Virus record (IMG/VR): IMGVR_UViG_3300025778_000010
Coordinates: 32,001-96,000 of that record
Source: a virus
Direction: 5' to 3' (one strand)
Length of the DNA: 64,000 bases
Positions within the stretch are counted from its first letter, which is position 1; the number at the start of each line of letters is the position of its first letter. The position numbers and the translations under genes were made by a program. Positions 1 through 8,940 of this stretch are shown here, piece after piece. The notes under the pieces were generated by a model. It ran no database searches, had not been told where the DNA came from, and saw only the letters and a list, made by a program, of their open reading frames with translations.

Positions 1-318
1 AGATGGCTCAGCAAGTGTTGCTTCTGGAACTGGGTCTCCTGGTTTATGATCATCTGGTGCAACCCATCCTAGTGGTGGAGGTGGAGTTAATGGTGCTGGG
101 TTTCCTTCATGATCTGTCCAATTAAGTGCTGTATGAATAGCATTAATGTGATCTTGAACTTGAACCTGCTCATCACTAATTCCGTTGTATTTGTCTACAA
201 CTTTTCCATCTTTTAATTCAAAGCGATGTGGGAGAGAGGATTCAAAAGGTGCTTCGTACTCTCCCGACTCACTAAAGCTTCCCGCAAAGCCTTCGCCTGC
301 AAAATGCATTTTTTTCAT
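1..318 (-). CDS. hypothetical tail-cassette protein, 3' end beyond window
   Basis: Read manually: MKKMHFAGEGFAGSFSESGEYEAPF..., open to position 1; ATGA overlap with the stop of 315..1799. Confidence 0.75.
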   Translation of the reverse strand, partial: MKKMHFAGEGFAGSFSESGEYEAPFESSLPHRFELKDGKVVDKYNGISDEQVQVQDHINAIHTALNWTDHEGNPAPLTPPPPLGWVAPDDHKPGDPVPEATLAEPS

Positions 319-1799
319 CGTATTTCTCCTCTTCTCCAGTGTGCTACTGGTACTAAGTGTGGATAGTTTGTGCTTGTATACCAAGTATCAAATAATCCGT
401 ATTGTTGATTTGCTGTTAAGTTAATTGTTCCTCCATTGGTAATTGTACCACTTGTAACACGTCCGTAGGTTTTTGCACCTTCTGGATCAATTACATAAAG
501 TCTCATACCAATGTTACCGTCTGAGTTTTCAATAGAACGGTTAAACATAAATTTGTTTGATTTAAATGGAACTAACTGCTGGCCATTACCAGTGTCGCCA
601 TTTTGTCCAATAAAGTAATTACGTGGGTCACGGGAATCAATAAAATAAACATTCATTCCAGAACCGTAGTAGTAATATGCATTGTATGCTGCTACCCAGT
701 TATTATCCCAAGTAATTTGATGACGCATACCGTATTTGTTTCCATTATCAATTCCATACGATGTTGTTAAAGAAATTGTGTTTAGCTGGGTTAAAGTTGA
801 TGATGATGGTGTGTAGTAAGCATAAGCTGATACGTTTGAAGGCACCATTCTTGCAAGACCAACAATGTTGTTATCACCAGGAATAACACGCATACGATAA
901 CGAGATTCGTTATAGTTTTGAGATGAGTTTGCTTGCCATTGGAAATCATAATAGTTGTAAGATCTTCCAGAACCACCAAGCTTTGCTTGTGAAAGGAAAA
1001 GATTTAAAGTTCCAACGTGATAATTTGCATCATTTAATGAAATAGAAGTGTTTACCCAAATGTGCATACGATAGTTATTGTTACCATCTTTTGCTTCAAG
1101 AGCAACAAGGGTAGAGGTTCTTTCATTATAACCAATCATTCCATAGGTTGTTCCGCCATACCAAGTAGAATAAGAACCGCTGTTAATACCAACTTGTTCC
1201 ATAAATCCAAAAGCACCTCTTGTAGCAACAGCTAAAGTAGTACCATTTAGGTAAAGAGAAATTTTTTGTCTTTTACCTGATGTTCCAACTACAACACCAT
1301 AGAAAGGCATATAAGATTCTTGAGCATCTGGGTTTTTATGATAATAGCCATAGTTAGCGTTTGAAATATTAAACATCCAATGGCCGTCTGCTTGGTTAAA
1401 TGGTGTTGCACCTGCCCAATAGCTTGTCCAGCCATTTGAACCAATATTACCATTTGTATAGTTGTTACCTGTCCAAGTTGAATGCATTTCTGCGTTTGTA
1501 TCATATTCTGCAGAACCAGAATATCTCATATTTGAATCCCAAATAGAAGCATATGGTTGGTTGTTAAAGTTTGAATATGTTCCAAAATATGGATAAGGTT
1601 CTGATGAAGGTAATGCTGAAAGGCTTGCACCAAGTGCAGCAATATTTGTATTTAATGTGGCAGGAGAACCAGCTAAAGCAAAGTTTGAGATAATCTGAGC
1701 AATTGTAGCATTGCTATTAATTGCAGCATTTAAATTTGCTTGTGCGTTGGCATCAATACCTGGTAATACGATTTGAAATGTACTATTAACTACAGCCAT
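315..1799 (-). CDS. virion structural / receptor-binding-like protein
   Basis: 494 aa, rich in N/Y/G/S/T, beta-rich appearance, in tail gene block. Confidence 0.6.
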   Translation of the reverse strand: MAVVNSTFQIVLPGIDANAQANLNAAINSNATIAQIISNFALAGSPATLNTNIAALGASLSALPSSEPYPYFGTYSNFNNQPYASIWDSNMRYSGSAEYDTNAEMHSTWTGNNYTNGNIGSNGWTSYWAGATPFNQADGHWMFNISNANYGYYHKNPDAQESYMPFYGVVVGTSGKRQKISLYLNGTTLAVATRGAFGFMEQVGINSGSYSTWYGGTTYGMIGYNERTSTLVALEAKDGNNNYRMHIWVNTSISLNDANYHVGTLNLFLSQAKLGGSGRSYNYYDFQWQANSSQNYNESRYRMRVIPGDNNIVGLARMVPSNVSAYAYYTPSSSTLTQLNTISLTTSYGIDNGNKYGMRHQITWDNNWVAAYNAYYYYGSGMNVYFIDSRDPRNYFIGQNGDTGNGQQLVPFKSNKFMFNRSIENSDGNIGMRLYVIDPEGAKTYGRVTSGTITNGGTINLTANQQYGLFDTWYTSTNYPHLVPVAHWRRGEIR

Positions 1800-1824
1800 T
1801 TATTTGTTCCCCTTTAAATTAAAA

Positions 1825-2142
1825 TCAAGATGATGTTACTTTTACACCAGAAACAAACACTGTTACTGATGAAGCTGCGGTAGCTGAAAGCTGAATTGAA
1901 TCTCCTGCATTCATTACCTGCTTAAAATCAAGGACCATAATCTGGCGAGGTGCTAGATCAAGATTCTGATAAAAACCAACGCCAGCAATAGACATTGTTG
2001 TCTGAAGTGCTCCGTTAGTTGAATTATTAATTGTTACAGATGTAATAACATCTGTTTCACCTGCTGGTACAGTATAAACTGTTCCGAGTGAAGTTCCGAG
2101 TGTTCCAGCATAAAATCTAGCTGGTAAGCTTACGACTGCCAT
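1825..2142 (-). CDS. small virion structural protein
   Basis: 105 aa beta-sandwich-like (YTVPAG...GDSIQLSA), tail context. Confidence 0.55.
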   Translation of the reverse strand: MAVVSLPARFYAGTLGTSLGTVYTVPAGETDVITSVTINNSTNGALQTTMSIAGVGFYQNLDLAPRQIMVLDFKQVMNAGDSIQLSATAASSVTVFVSGVKVTSS

Positions 2143-2145
2143 TTT

Positions 2146-2478
2146 TTAAAATACCCCCATGTTTGCGTATAGTGTGTAATTTGAAACTGCGGTATTTACA
2201 TTTGAAATAGCTGCAGTACCTGCTGTATTAACAGCAGAAATTTGTGTTGCTCCCGCAGAGGTAACTGCGGTAATTTGACCAGTTCCCGCATTTTGTACAT
2301 TCAGGATTGATGTATTGGTAGCACCAAGTACATCATTAACGCCTAAAAGATTTCCTAATGATTCTAAAGATTTTGCAAGAAACACAATGTCTTGTGCTAC
2401 AAGCGTTGTACTTTGAAGAGCATCAATTTTTGATTTTACAATAGCTACTTCTGAGCCAAGTGTTGAATAGTCTGTCAT
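2146..2478 (-). CDS. tail-fibre anchor/adaptor protein, paralog of the N-terminus of 8257..8928
   Basis: MTDYSTLGSE...IDALQ...LGVNDVLGATN shared with 8257..8928. Confidence 0.6.
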   Translation of the reverse strand: MTDYSTLGSEVAIVKSKIDALQSTTLVAQDIVFLAKSLESLGNLLGVNDVLGATNTSILNVQNAGTGQITAVTSAGATQISAVNTAGTAAISNVNTAVSNYTLYANMGVF

Positions 2479-2568
2479 GTTTGGTCCACCTCTTTGATTA
2501 TTGTATCAGCAAATCTTAAAAAGTAATAATATATAGACCGCTAACTTCATTAATTATAGCATTAAATT

Positions 2569-3480
2569 CTATAAACCAGTAGTTAGGGTGTGGATAAAAC
2601 CAACCATTACTACTACTCCACAAATTGCAGCCAATGTCCTATAATAGTCTTTCCAAACCGCCCCAAAATACCTTTGCCCTAAAAGCATGCATTTATGGAG
2701 TGGTGACAACATATAGCCAGACCAGCCAATTGCAAACAAGACTGGCAAATAGGTGATGCCAAAAATTGATGCTGTAAGAGCCACAACTCCAGTAAATTTT
2801 TCGCTGCTTCCAAAGGCCCAGCTCATAAAAAATACTAAAAGAAGTATTGGGAACAACAGAACGTGCTTATCTGTATTAGCTAACAAATGATCAAAAAACC
2901 CTGAGTTATAATAAATTATATTGCCAATAATATCCAGAGCTAGTACAAAAAGTACTGTAAAAATTCCTTCTTTAAGATATTTGATTCCATCTAAATTTTG
3001 ACGTTCTCTATGGCCTCGAACAACAATATCTACATCTTCTTCTTTAACTACCCAAAAATCATAAACTAAACTACAAATAATTGCTGCTGTAAGAATTGGC
3101 CAAATACGTCCAAAAAAACTCCAATACCCAATATGTAATGCAGCCATAGGTAATATAACTGATGCTTCTAATGGGGACCAAAAATAAAAATGATGTGCAT
3201 TTAGATAATCAACAATAGCAAATTTTTTACGTTTATTTGGATCTTCTGGTGCAATAGTTCTTAGTACCCCGCCAGAAATAACTGTCCTACCGTTAATTGG
3301 CATTACAGCGGTAGTTGCAGAAGTTAATACCATGACCGCTCTTTTTGATTTAATTCTATTTGCTAACCAACCAAAAACTGGTTGAAAGACATCATATTTT
3401 GTAGCATAATATGAAAGTACAAGAACAAACGCTAATGCTGCAACATATTGCCAATCTGTTAATAAATAACTAAGTGTCAT
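2569..3480 (-). CDS. multi-pass membrane permease (DUF401-like, ion-transporter superfamily)
   Basis: About 8-9 hydrophobic segments; HHFYFWSPL and GYMLSPLHKC motifs. Confidence 0.55.
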   Translation of the reverse strand: MTLSYLLTDWQYVAALAFVLVLSYYATKYDVFQPVFGWLANRIKSKRAVMVLTSATTAVMPINGRTVISGGVLRTIAPEDPNKRKKFAIVDYLNAHHFYFWSPLEASVILPMAALHIGYWSFFGRIWPILTAAIICSLVYDFWVVKEEDVDIVVRGHRERQNLDGIKYLKEGIFTVLFVLALDIIGNIIYYNSGFFDHLLANTDKHVLLFPILLLVFFMSWAFGSSEKFTGVVALTASIFGITYLPVLFAIGWSGYMLSPLHKCMLLGQRYFGAVWKDYYRTLAAICGVVVMVGFIHTLTTGL

Positions 3481-5120
3481 TTTTCAACTACCAATACATA
3501 TATGCCATTCCACCAATCTTTTTCAGATTCAGTAGAATTTAGGACTTTCTTTGAATATAAAACCTTAAGGTTAGATTTTACTATTCCTTCATTTGCTCCC
3601 GCCACAACATTAGTTCCGTTAGCATCATCAAATATCATTATAGCGTTTTTAGCAAAAGATTGTGAATAATATAAGACAGCTTTTGCTGTAGTTTCTTGAT
3701 CATGTGGTCCGTCATAAAAAAACAAATCAATATTTTTAATTAAAGATAAATTTACATCAAACAAATCTGTATTACATACAAAAATTTTGTTTTCTCCAGC
3801 ATATGGCTTGATGTTTTTTTTAAATTCTTCTAAACTATTAATATTTGGAGTTAATATATCTAATCTTTCAGGTTGTGGTGCAATTTCCCATTTATCAACA
3901 AAATAAGCATTTAATTTATTATCTTTAAGGGCTGAAGCTGCGGTAGCACCTAAATATGATCCTACCTCTAAATAATTACTTGATTCTTTTGCTAAAGAGT
4001 TAATTAAAGATTGCACTCTTGAACTTGTTAACCCTGGAACATCAATATCAAGGTCCACATTTACAGAATCAACTAATTGATTAATTACAAGAGTAACTTT
4101 ATCATTTTGTTTTTCTGGATATTTAGCTTTAATAATTTTGTCACAAAATCCACAATCCCAGCAATCAAACTTGCAGTTTTTAATTTTATTACGCCATACA
4201 TTAATGGGTTTATCAACAAGATTTGTCTCTTCAATAAAATCGTTAAAGCCATCAAAAAGTATTGGTTCGTTTGCCACATACTTTTTAATAATATCCATAG
4301 TCTCACGAAGCCTTACATGAGACTCTCGCCCATGCATCTTAATTACATCAATTCCTAAATTATCCAAAAATTCCTGCCAATCTTCACGCCATGGTGGAAA
4401 ATTAGCTACCTTAAGGGATGTAGCAGCATCTTCTTTTTGCCATTTAGGGCATGATACACGACTTATTGGATCATTAAAATATTGTGGTCCTTCTGAACGG
4501 GTATTATTAAATTGATAATGCTCATCCATCATAATACAACCGCCATAGCAGCCTTCATTTGCAAGTAAAGATAGTTTAACGCCATATTTTTCTTTAGCTT
4601 TTTTAAATCTTAAAAGCTTTTCATGATCTCTCATAAGATCTCTGTCAAGATTAATATAATCAAATCCTGCTTTAGATAACTTTTCAATATCTCTAGGTTC
4701 TGATACATTTCTAAGAATTGTATTTTTTACAAACAACTTTGGGAATTTAGATTTAATTTGTCCCGTTGACATCCAGTGGGTGTGAGGAATTGTAGCTGAT
4801 CTAATACCTGCATCATATAAAGGCTTAAAGTTTTTAATCCATAGGTCTAAGTTATCTTGTGAGGGCCTTACCTCTATATTGTTAAAAACTGCTGATGCGG
4901 TTACACCAGTAAATTCTTGAATATTTAAAGCTAGATCAATTAAATATTTATGATCTTCTTCTCCACCAATAAAATTATCCCCCATAGCATCTTGTGTAAA
5001 TGGGGGTATTCGGCAGGTAAAATAAAAATCATAGATAACATGATTGTACTCTTTAAGGAATAAGATAAATTCCTCAAGCTTATCTGGAGCAAGCTTGGGG
5101 TTTAAAGGAACACTAAACAT
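3477..5120 (-). CDS. peptidase-U32-like Fe-S protein fused to a class I SAM methyltransferase
   Basis: LLANEGCYGGC...H, IKMHGRE and CKFDCWDCGFC in the N-part; YLEVGSYLGATA, DLFFYDGPH and IFDD in the C-part. Confidence 0.7.
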   Translation of the reverse strand: MFSVPLNPKLAPDKLEEFILFLKEYNHVIYDFYFTCRIPPFTQDAMGDNFIGGEEDHKYLIDLALNIQEFTGVTASAVFNNIEVRPSQDNLDLWIKNFKPLYDAGIRSATIPHTHWMSTGQIKSKFPKLFVKNTILRNVSEPRDIEKLSKAGFDYINLDRDLMRDHEKLLRFKKAKEKYGVKLSLLANEGCYGGCIMMDEHYQFNNTRSEGPQYFNDPISRVSCPKWQKEDAATSLKVANFPPWREDWQEFLDNLGIDVIKMHGRESHVRLRETMDIIKKYVANEPILFDGFNDFIEETNLVDKPINVWRNKIKNCKFDCWDCGFCDKIIKAKYPEKQNDKVTLVINQLVDSVNVDLDIDVPGLTSSRVQSLINSLAKESSNYLEVGSYLGATAASALKDNKLNAYFVDKWEIAPQPERLDILTPNINSLEEFKKNIKPYAGENKIFVCNTDLFDVNLSLIKNIDLFFYDGPHDQETTAKAVLYYSQSFAKNAIMIFDDANGTNVVAGANEGIVKSNLKVLYSKKVLNSTESEKDWWNGIYVLVVEK

Positions 5121-5681
5121 TTATAAATCTATCTTTGCTTCTTTTTCAGGGTACTTTTGAATACCAAAATTATAATGCATTAAATCAGATGTCTCTTCCA
5201 TATCTTTGCACTCGTCAATTCTTTCTTGCATACCTTTTTTTCTTGCATAAAGATCTTCTAAGGAAAGGTATCCCATTTCTGCTTTAAAAATATCTGGAGT
5301 ACCTAAAAACATGTAAAGTTTGTTATTATAATATTTATTTAACATACAATGCATGATAGCTTTTTCAAATAAATGAGCATTATATTTATCTTCTTCTGTA
5401 AGCGTATATCTTAATTTTTCGCCAACTTGCTCTAATTTATCTTTATCTGTTTGATCATATTGATTGGTGTCTGGCCTTACATTAAAATAACCTTTTCTAC
5501 GTCCAGCAAACTTATAAGCTAAAGCTACTTTTTCTGGAATCACCATGCACTCTGGCAGAGTATCTCTGTAAACAATAAATTCTTCTGTTCTTCCAATAAG
5601 AAAACCTGCATATTGACCAATTTCTTCAATAAAACCTTTTCTTTCATTTACTAAAGAATGCTCATAAATAAAATAAATCAT
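5121..5681 (-). CDS. hypothetical protein (U32 cassette)
   Basis: ORF; start moved to MIYFIYE, directly after the upstream stop. Confidence 0.7.
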   Translation of the reverse strand: MIYFIYEHSLVNERKGFIEEIGQYAGFLIGRTEEFIVYRDTLPECMVIPEKVALAYKFAGRRKGYFNVRPDTNQYDQTDKDKLEQVGEKLRYTLTEEDKYNAHLFEKAIMHCMLNKYYNNKLYMFLGTPDIFKAEMGYLSLEDLYARKKGMQERIDECKDMEETSDLMHYNFGIQKYPEKEAKIDL

Positions 5682-5682
5682 T

Positions 5683-6417
5683 TTATAAATCCAATTCTGC
5701 CCAACCAGCTTTATCTGAACTTTCAAGTTCTAACTTATTCATAACATCTTTTTGTACTAATTCAAGTGTTTTTTGAGTAATAATTGTTTTTTCAACAGCA
5801 TTTTCTAATGCTTTCATTCTTACTTCTTCTGGAAGTTGATAGATAGCTTCAAGATTACCACCATTAATTCTTCCATAGAACATTAAATCATAAGCAGCTT
5901 GACCGCCAAGGCGGGTTGCCCAAAGTTCTGCCTCTAAACGCTCTTCTTCATCATAATCACCAATAATGTCTATATAACGTCTGCCATCTGGCATTTTGCC
6001 TTCTTCAGATTCATTAAACTTAGTAATTAAAGCCATATATTTATCACGTTCTTCGTAAACCATTGTAACTAAATTTTTTGTATTGTAAATAGATCTTTCT
6101 TTTTCACGAATTGTAATATTATGAATTTTCTTTTGAGCAGGAGAATCTGTTTTTTCTAATAATTCTTTTTCTAATTCTACTTCTGCTTGCAATTTTTCAA
6201 TTTTAAATTCATATTCAACAATATTATCTTCTCTTGATTTTAATTCAAGAAGAAATTGTCTTAGCTTTCCAAAATTGCTATATTGTGCTCCTCCAACAAA
6301 GTTATCAATCTTAAATGTTGGAACGCCCCAATTTCTATTTACTGCATATAAAAGCATATCTCTTTGTTCTTTTGAATAGCCGTCAACACGACTTGTAATA
6401 TCGTTAATATATCTCAT
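5683..6417 (-). CDS. coiled-coil hypothetical protein (U32 cassette)
   Basis: 244 aa with E/K-rich heptads. Confidence 0.7.
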   Translation of the reverse strand: MRYINDITSRVDGYSKEQRDMLLYAVNRNWGVPTFKIDNFVGGAQYSNFGKLRQFLLELKSREDNIVEYEFKIEKLQAEVELEKELLEKTDSPAQKKIHNITIREKERSIYNTKNLVTMVYEERDKYMALITKFNESEEGKMPDGRRYIDIIGDYDEEERLEAELWATRLGGQAAYDLMFYGRINGGNLEAIYQLPEEVRMKALENAVEKTIITQKTLELVQKDVMNKLELESSDKAGWAELDL

Positions 6418-6432
6418 TAATTTATCTTTCTT

Positions 6433-7350
6433 TTATGATCGTTGTGAGTTGTATGCAGAACTTCTGCCTGCGGGTCCTTGAGGTTGCATTGAAGATCCGC
6501 CCTCGTACCCTGAATCTGTTATATAGCTATAACGCCAAGCTCTTCTGTTTTGTGATCCATCGTAATTACCCATGCAGTATTGATGGTCTTGACCCATATC
6601 AAAGTTTTCTTCTCCGCAGTTACCAATTGGTTTTGAAACGTTACCTACGTTTGTTTCTGTTGCAACTGACCAACGACGTAAATAATAGCCTCCATTATAA
6701 CCTCCTTCATTACCTGCATAAAGGTAATTTAATTTAGAGGAAATACCTTTTTGTTGACCCCAATATCCACAAACGCTTGATTGTGATTGTGTTTCTGTTG
6801 CAAAAACAAATTTCATACCAATATTATTGTCTGCCCATGTATAACCAACATATTCATGATAAAAAGATGAACCACCCGAACCACCAGTAGTGTTTGAATA
6901 AGCATTTGACAAAGATGTTTGCCAAGTTGCATTTATCATATTAAATTTTACGATAGTTGTTGAAACATTTGCATTACCGTAAGCAAATTGTTGTTCTTTT
7001 TGCATAAATACACCTGAATTACCCAGTGAAACTGGAGCTGAAGCAGCAGTTGAGCCAACTTCTGTTCTCATATTAAACTGCATTACTGCTGGATCTGAAC
7101 CACCTACACCATTATTAGCTTTTGTAATCCAAGCTACGTTGTCATTGGCAAATCCTCCTGGATAACCCGTAGCTGCTGTAAGCACATCTCCTAAAGAAAC
7201 TGGAGTATCATTTGAGTGTAAATATCTATTTACATTTTTCCAAGGTGAGCTATTTTGGTATCCAGAGTGAACATACCCTGTTGTGATAACAGTTCTTAAT
7301 AAAAAACTTACTCTTGGATTATTGTGAATAGTACTTTGTGGAAATGGCAT
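6433..7350 (-). CDS. Kelch-like beta-propeller, probable fibre-tip protein
   Basis: About six 40-45 aa repeats ending in F/Y-x-x-x-T-E/D (FNMRTE, FVFATET, WSVATET, YSYITDS). Confidence 0.55.
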   Translation of the reverse strand: MPFPQSTIHNNPRVSFLLRTVITTGYVHSGYQNSSPWKNVNRYLHSNDTPVSLGDVLTAATGYPGGFANDNVAWITKANNGVGGSDPAVMQFNMRTEVGSTAASAPVSLGNSGVFMQKEQQFAYGNANVSTTIVKFNMINATWQTSLSNAYSNTTGGSGGSSFYHEYVGYTWADNNIGMKFVFATETQSQSSVCGYWGQQKGISSKLNYLYAGNEGGYNGGYYLRRWSVATETNVGNVSKPIGNCGEENFDMGQDHQYCMGNYDGSQNRRAWRYSYITDSGYEGGSSMQPQGPAGRSSAYNSQRS

Positions 7351-7859
7351 TATGAACTCACAATGTAGCTTAATTTAACCCCTTGAACGTTAAGAGAAGG
7401 ATATTTTACGTCAAATGGATCAGCAATATTATCTGGCAAATCTCTTAAAGCTTGGCGATATTCAATAATTTTTTGTTGATCTTCTGCAGAAAATTTAGAA
7501 AAATAATCTGAAAGTACAAGATAGTCTGTTTCCTTAATCATATTATTTCTATTATATCTAATAGCATTAATTTGAGTATTAACTGATTCTAATTTTTCAT
7601 CATCAGTCATGTCAACTGCAACAACATGTGATGTTGGAACATTATTTTCAACAACTGTTACATACTCTAATTTTTGATTTTTTGGATCATATCCAGGTAA
7701 TGTTGGGTTAGATACAACTGGTTTCCAATCATCAAAACCAATTACATGTTCTTCATTAATATCTGCTGGAAATAGCGTTGATGGATAAAGAGATCTGAAT
7801 TCATATTCAGAAATAACTTGACCCAAAGAACCATCTGAGTTAATTTTTGCAAAGTTCAT
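7350..7859 (-). CDS. tail fibre assembly chaperone
   Basis: IRYNRNNMIKETDY...YRQALRDLP motif; start at MNFAK by ATGA overlap. Confidence 0.75.
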   Translation of the reverse strand: MNFAKINSDGSLGQVISEYEFRSLYPSTLFPADINEEHVIGFDDWKPVVSNPTLPGYDPKNQKLEYVTVVENNVPTSHVVAVDMTDDEKLESVNTQINAIRYNRNNMIKETDYLVLSDYFSKFSAEDQQKIIEYRQALRDLPDNIADPFDVKYPSLNVQGVKLSYIVSS

Positions 7860-8257
7860 CGTGTATCCTTCATTACTATATTGCCTCTCCAAGTTGTACC
7901 ATTATCATAACTTACAAATGTTAATGTGTCAACTCCTGTGCTTGTTAGTGTTGGTGGGGTTGCTGATGGATATTTTGAACCCGCAAATGTTAATGTATAC
8001 TGTCCTCCATTTGTAATGGATATTGAAAATGATACTGTACCTGAAGATGGAACGTTAATTGGGGTTAATGTAATTGAAGCTCCTGCTGTAAAAGTAAAAT
8101 CATTATATTGAGAAAGATCTAGGTTTGTATTAGTTGTTAAAGTTCCAAGATCTTGTCTCTTTGTATTATAACCAGCAAGTGTAAATGTGTTTGCTGTTAA
8201 ACCTGTAACAGTTGCACCTGTAAAACTGGCATTAATTACATCTGATAAATTTGTCAT
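7856..8257 (-). CDS. tail fibre protein domain
   Basis: PPTLTSTGVDTLTFVSYDNGTTWRG C-terminal motif typical of fibre proteins. Confidence 0.65.
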   Translation of the reverse strand: MTNLSDVINASFTGATVTGLTANTFTLAGYNTKRQDLGTLTTNTNLDLSQYNDFTFTAGASITLTPINVPSSGTVSFSISITNGGQYTLTFAGSKYPSATPPTLTSTGVDTLTFVSYDNGTTWRGNIVMKDTR

Positions 8258-8928
8258 TAGAATACTCTCCATCCATATGTGGAGTTAGAGTAAATAAATC
8301 TTTTACCCGCTCCATTTACGTTAAAGTTAAATGTTGTTATTGAACCTTGAATAATACCACCTGCACCTGCAGTAACAGTAAATGGAGTTGATGCTGATGT
8401 TCCTGCAGCATCTACAATAATAACTTCTGCTCCAATTGATGGGGCAGAAGGTAGAGTAATTGTAAGTCCTGAAGCTGGAACCACAAAATATCTATCTCCA
8501 TTTACAGCAAGTTTATTTGCAGTAATAATTTGCCATGGATTATAGGAAGCTAAAGCTGAAACTGCAGCAGATGCTGAGTTTGCTGTTGCTGCAATATTAG
8601 AAGAAACTGATTCAAGAGAAGCAATGCGACCATTGTGGTTTGTATAAAGAATATTTAAAGCATTGTATTGGCTTGATAGTGATGATACAGCAGAACCATT
8701 TGATGTTCCATTTACAACGTTAATTGTTGAAGCTCCTGCAGCTGCTACTTGAGCAATTCCCGCATTTGTTGCACCAACAACGTCATTAACACCCAAAGAT
8801 GTTCCTAAAATTTGCAAAGCTTCAGAAAGATAAAGAATATCTATAGCAGCAATAGTGCTACCTTGTAAAGCATCAATTCTGTTTTGAATAGTTCTAGTTT
8901 CACTACCCAGCGATGTATAGTCTGTCAC
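8257..8928 (-). CDS. tail fibre protein with anchor domain, coiled coil and T4 gp34-like repeat
   Basis: ITLPSAPSIGAEVIIVD...YSNSTYGWRV repeat; N-terminus paralogous to 2146..2478. Confidence 0.65.
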   Translation of the reverse strand: MTDYTSLGSETRTIQNRIDALQGSTIAAIDILYLSEALQILGTSLGVNDVVGATNAGIAQVAAAGASTINVVNGTSNGSAVSSLSSQYNALNILYTNHNGRIASLESVSSNIAATANSASAAVSALASYNPWQIITANKLAVNGDRYFVVPASGLTITLPSAPSIGAEVIIVDAAGTSASTPFTVTAGAGGIIQGSITTFNFNVNGAGKRFIYSNSTYGWRVF

Positions 8929-8940
8929 TTTATCTCCTTA

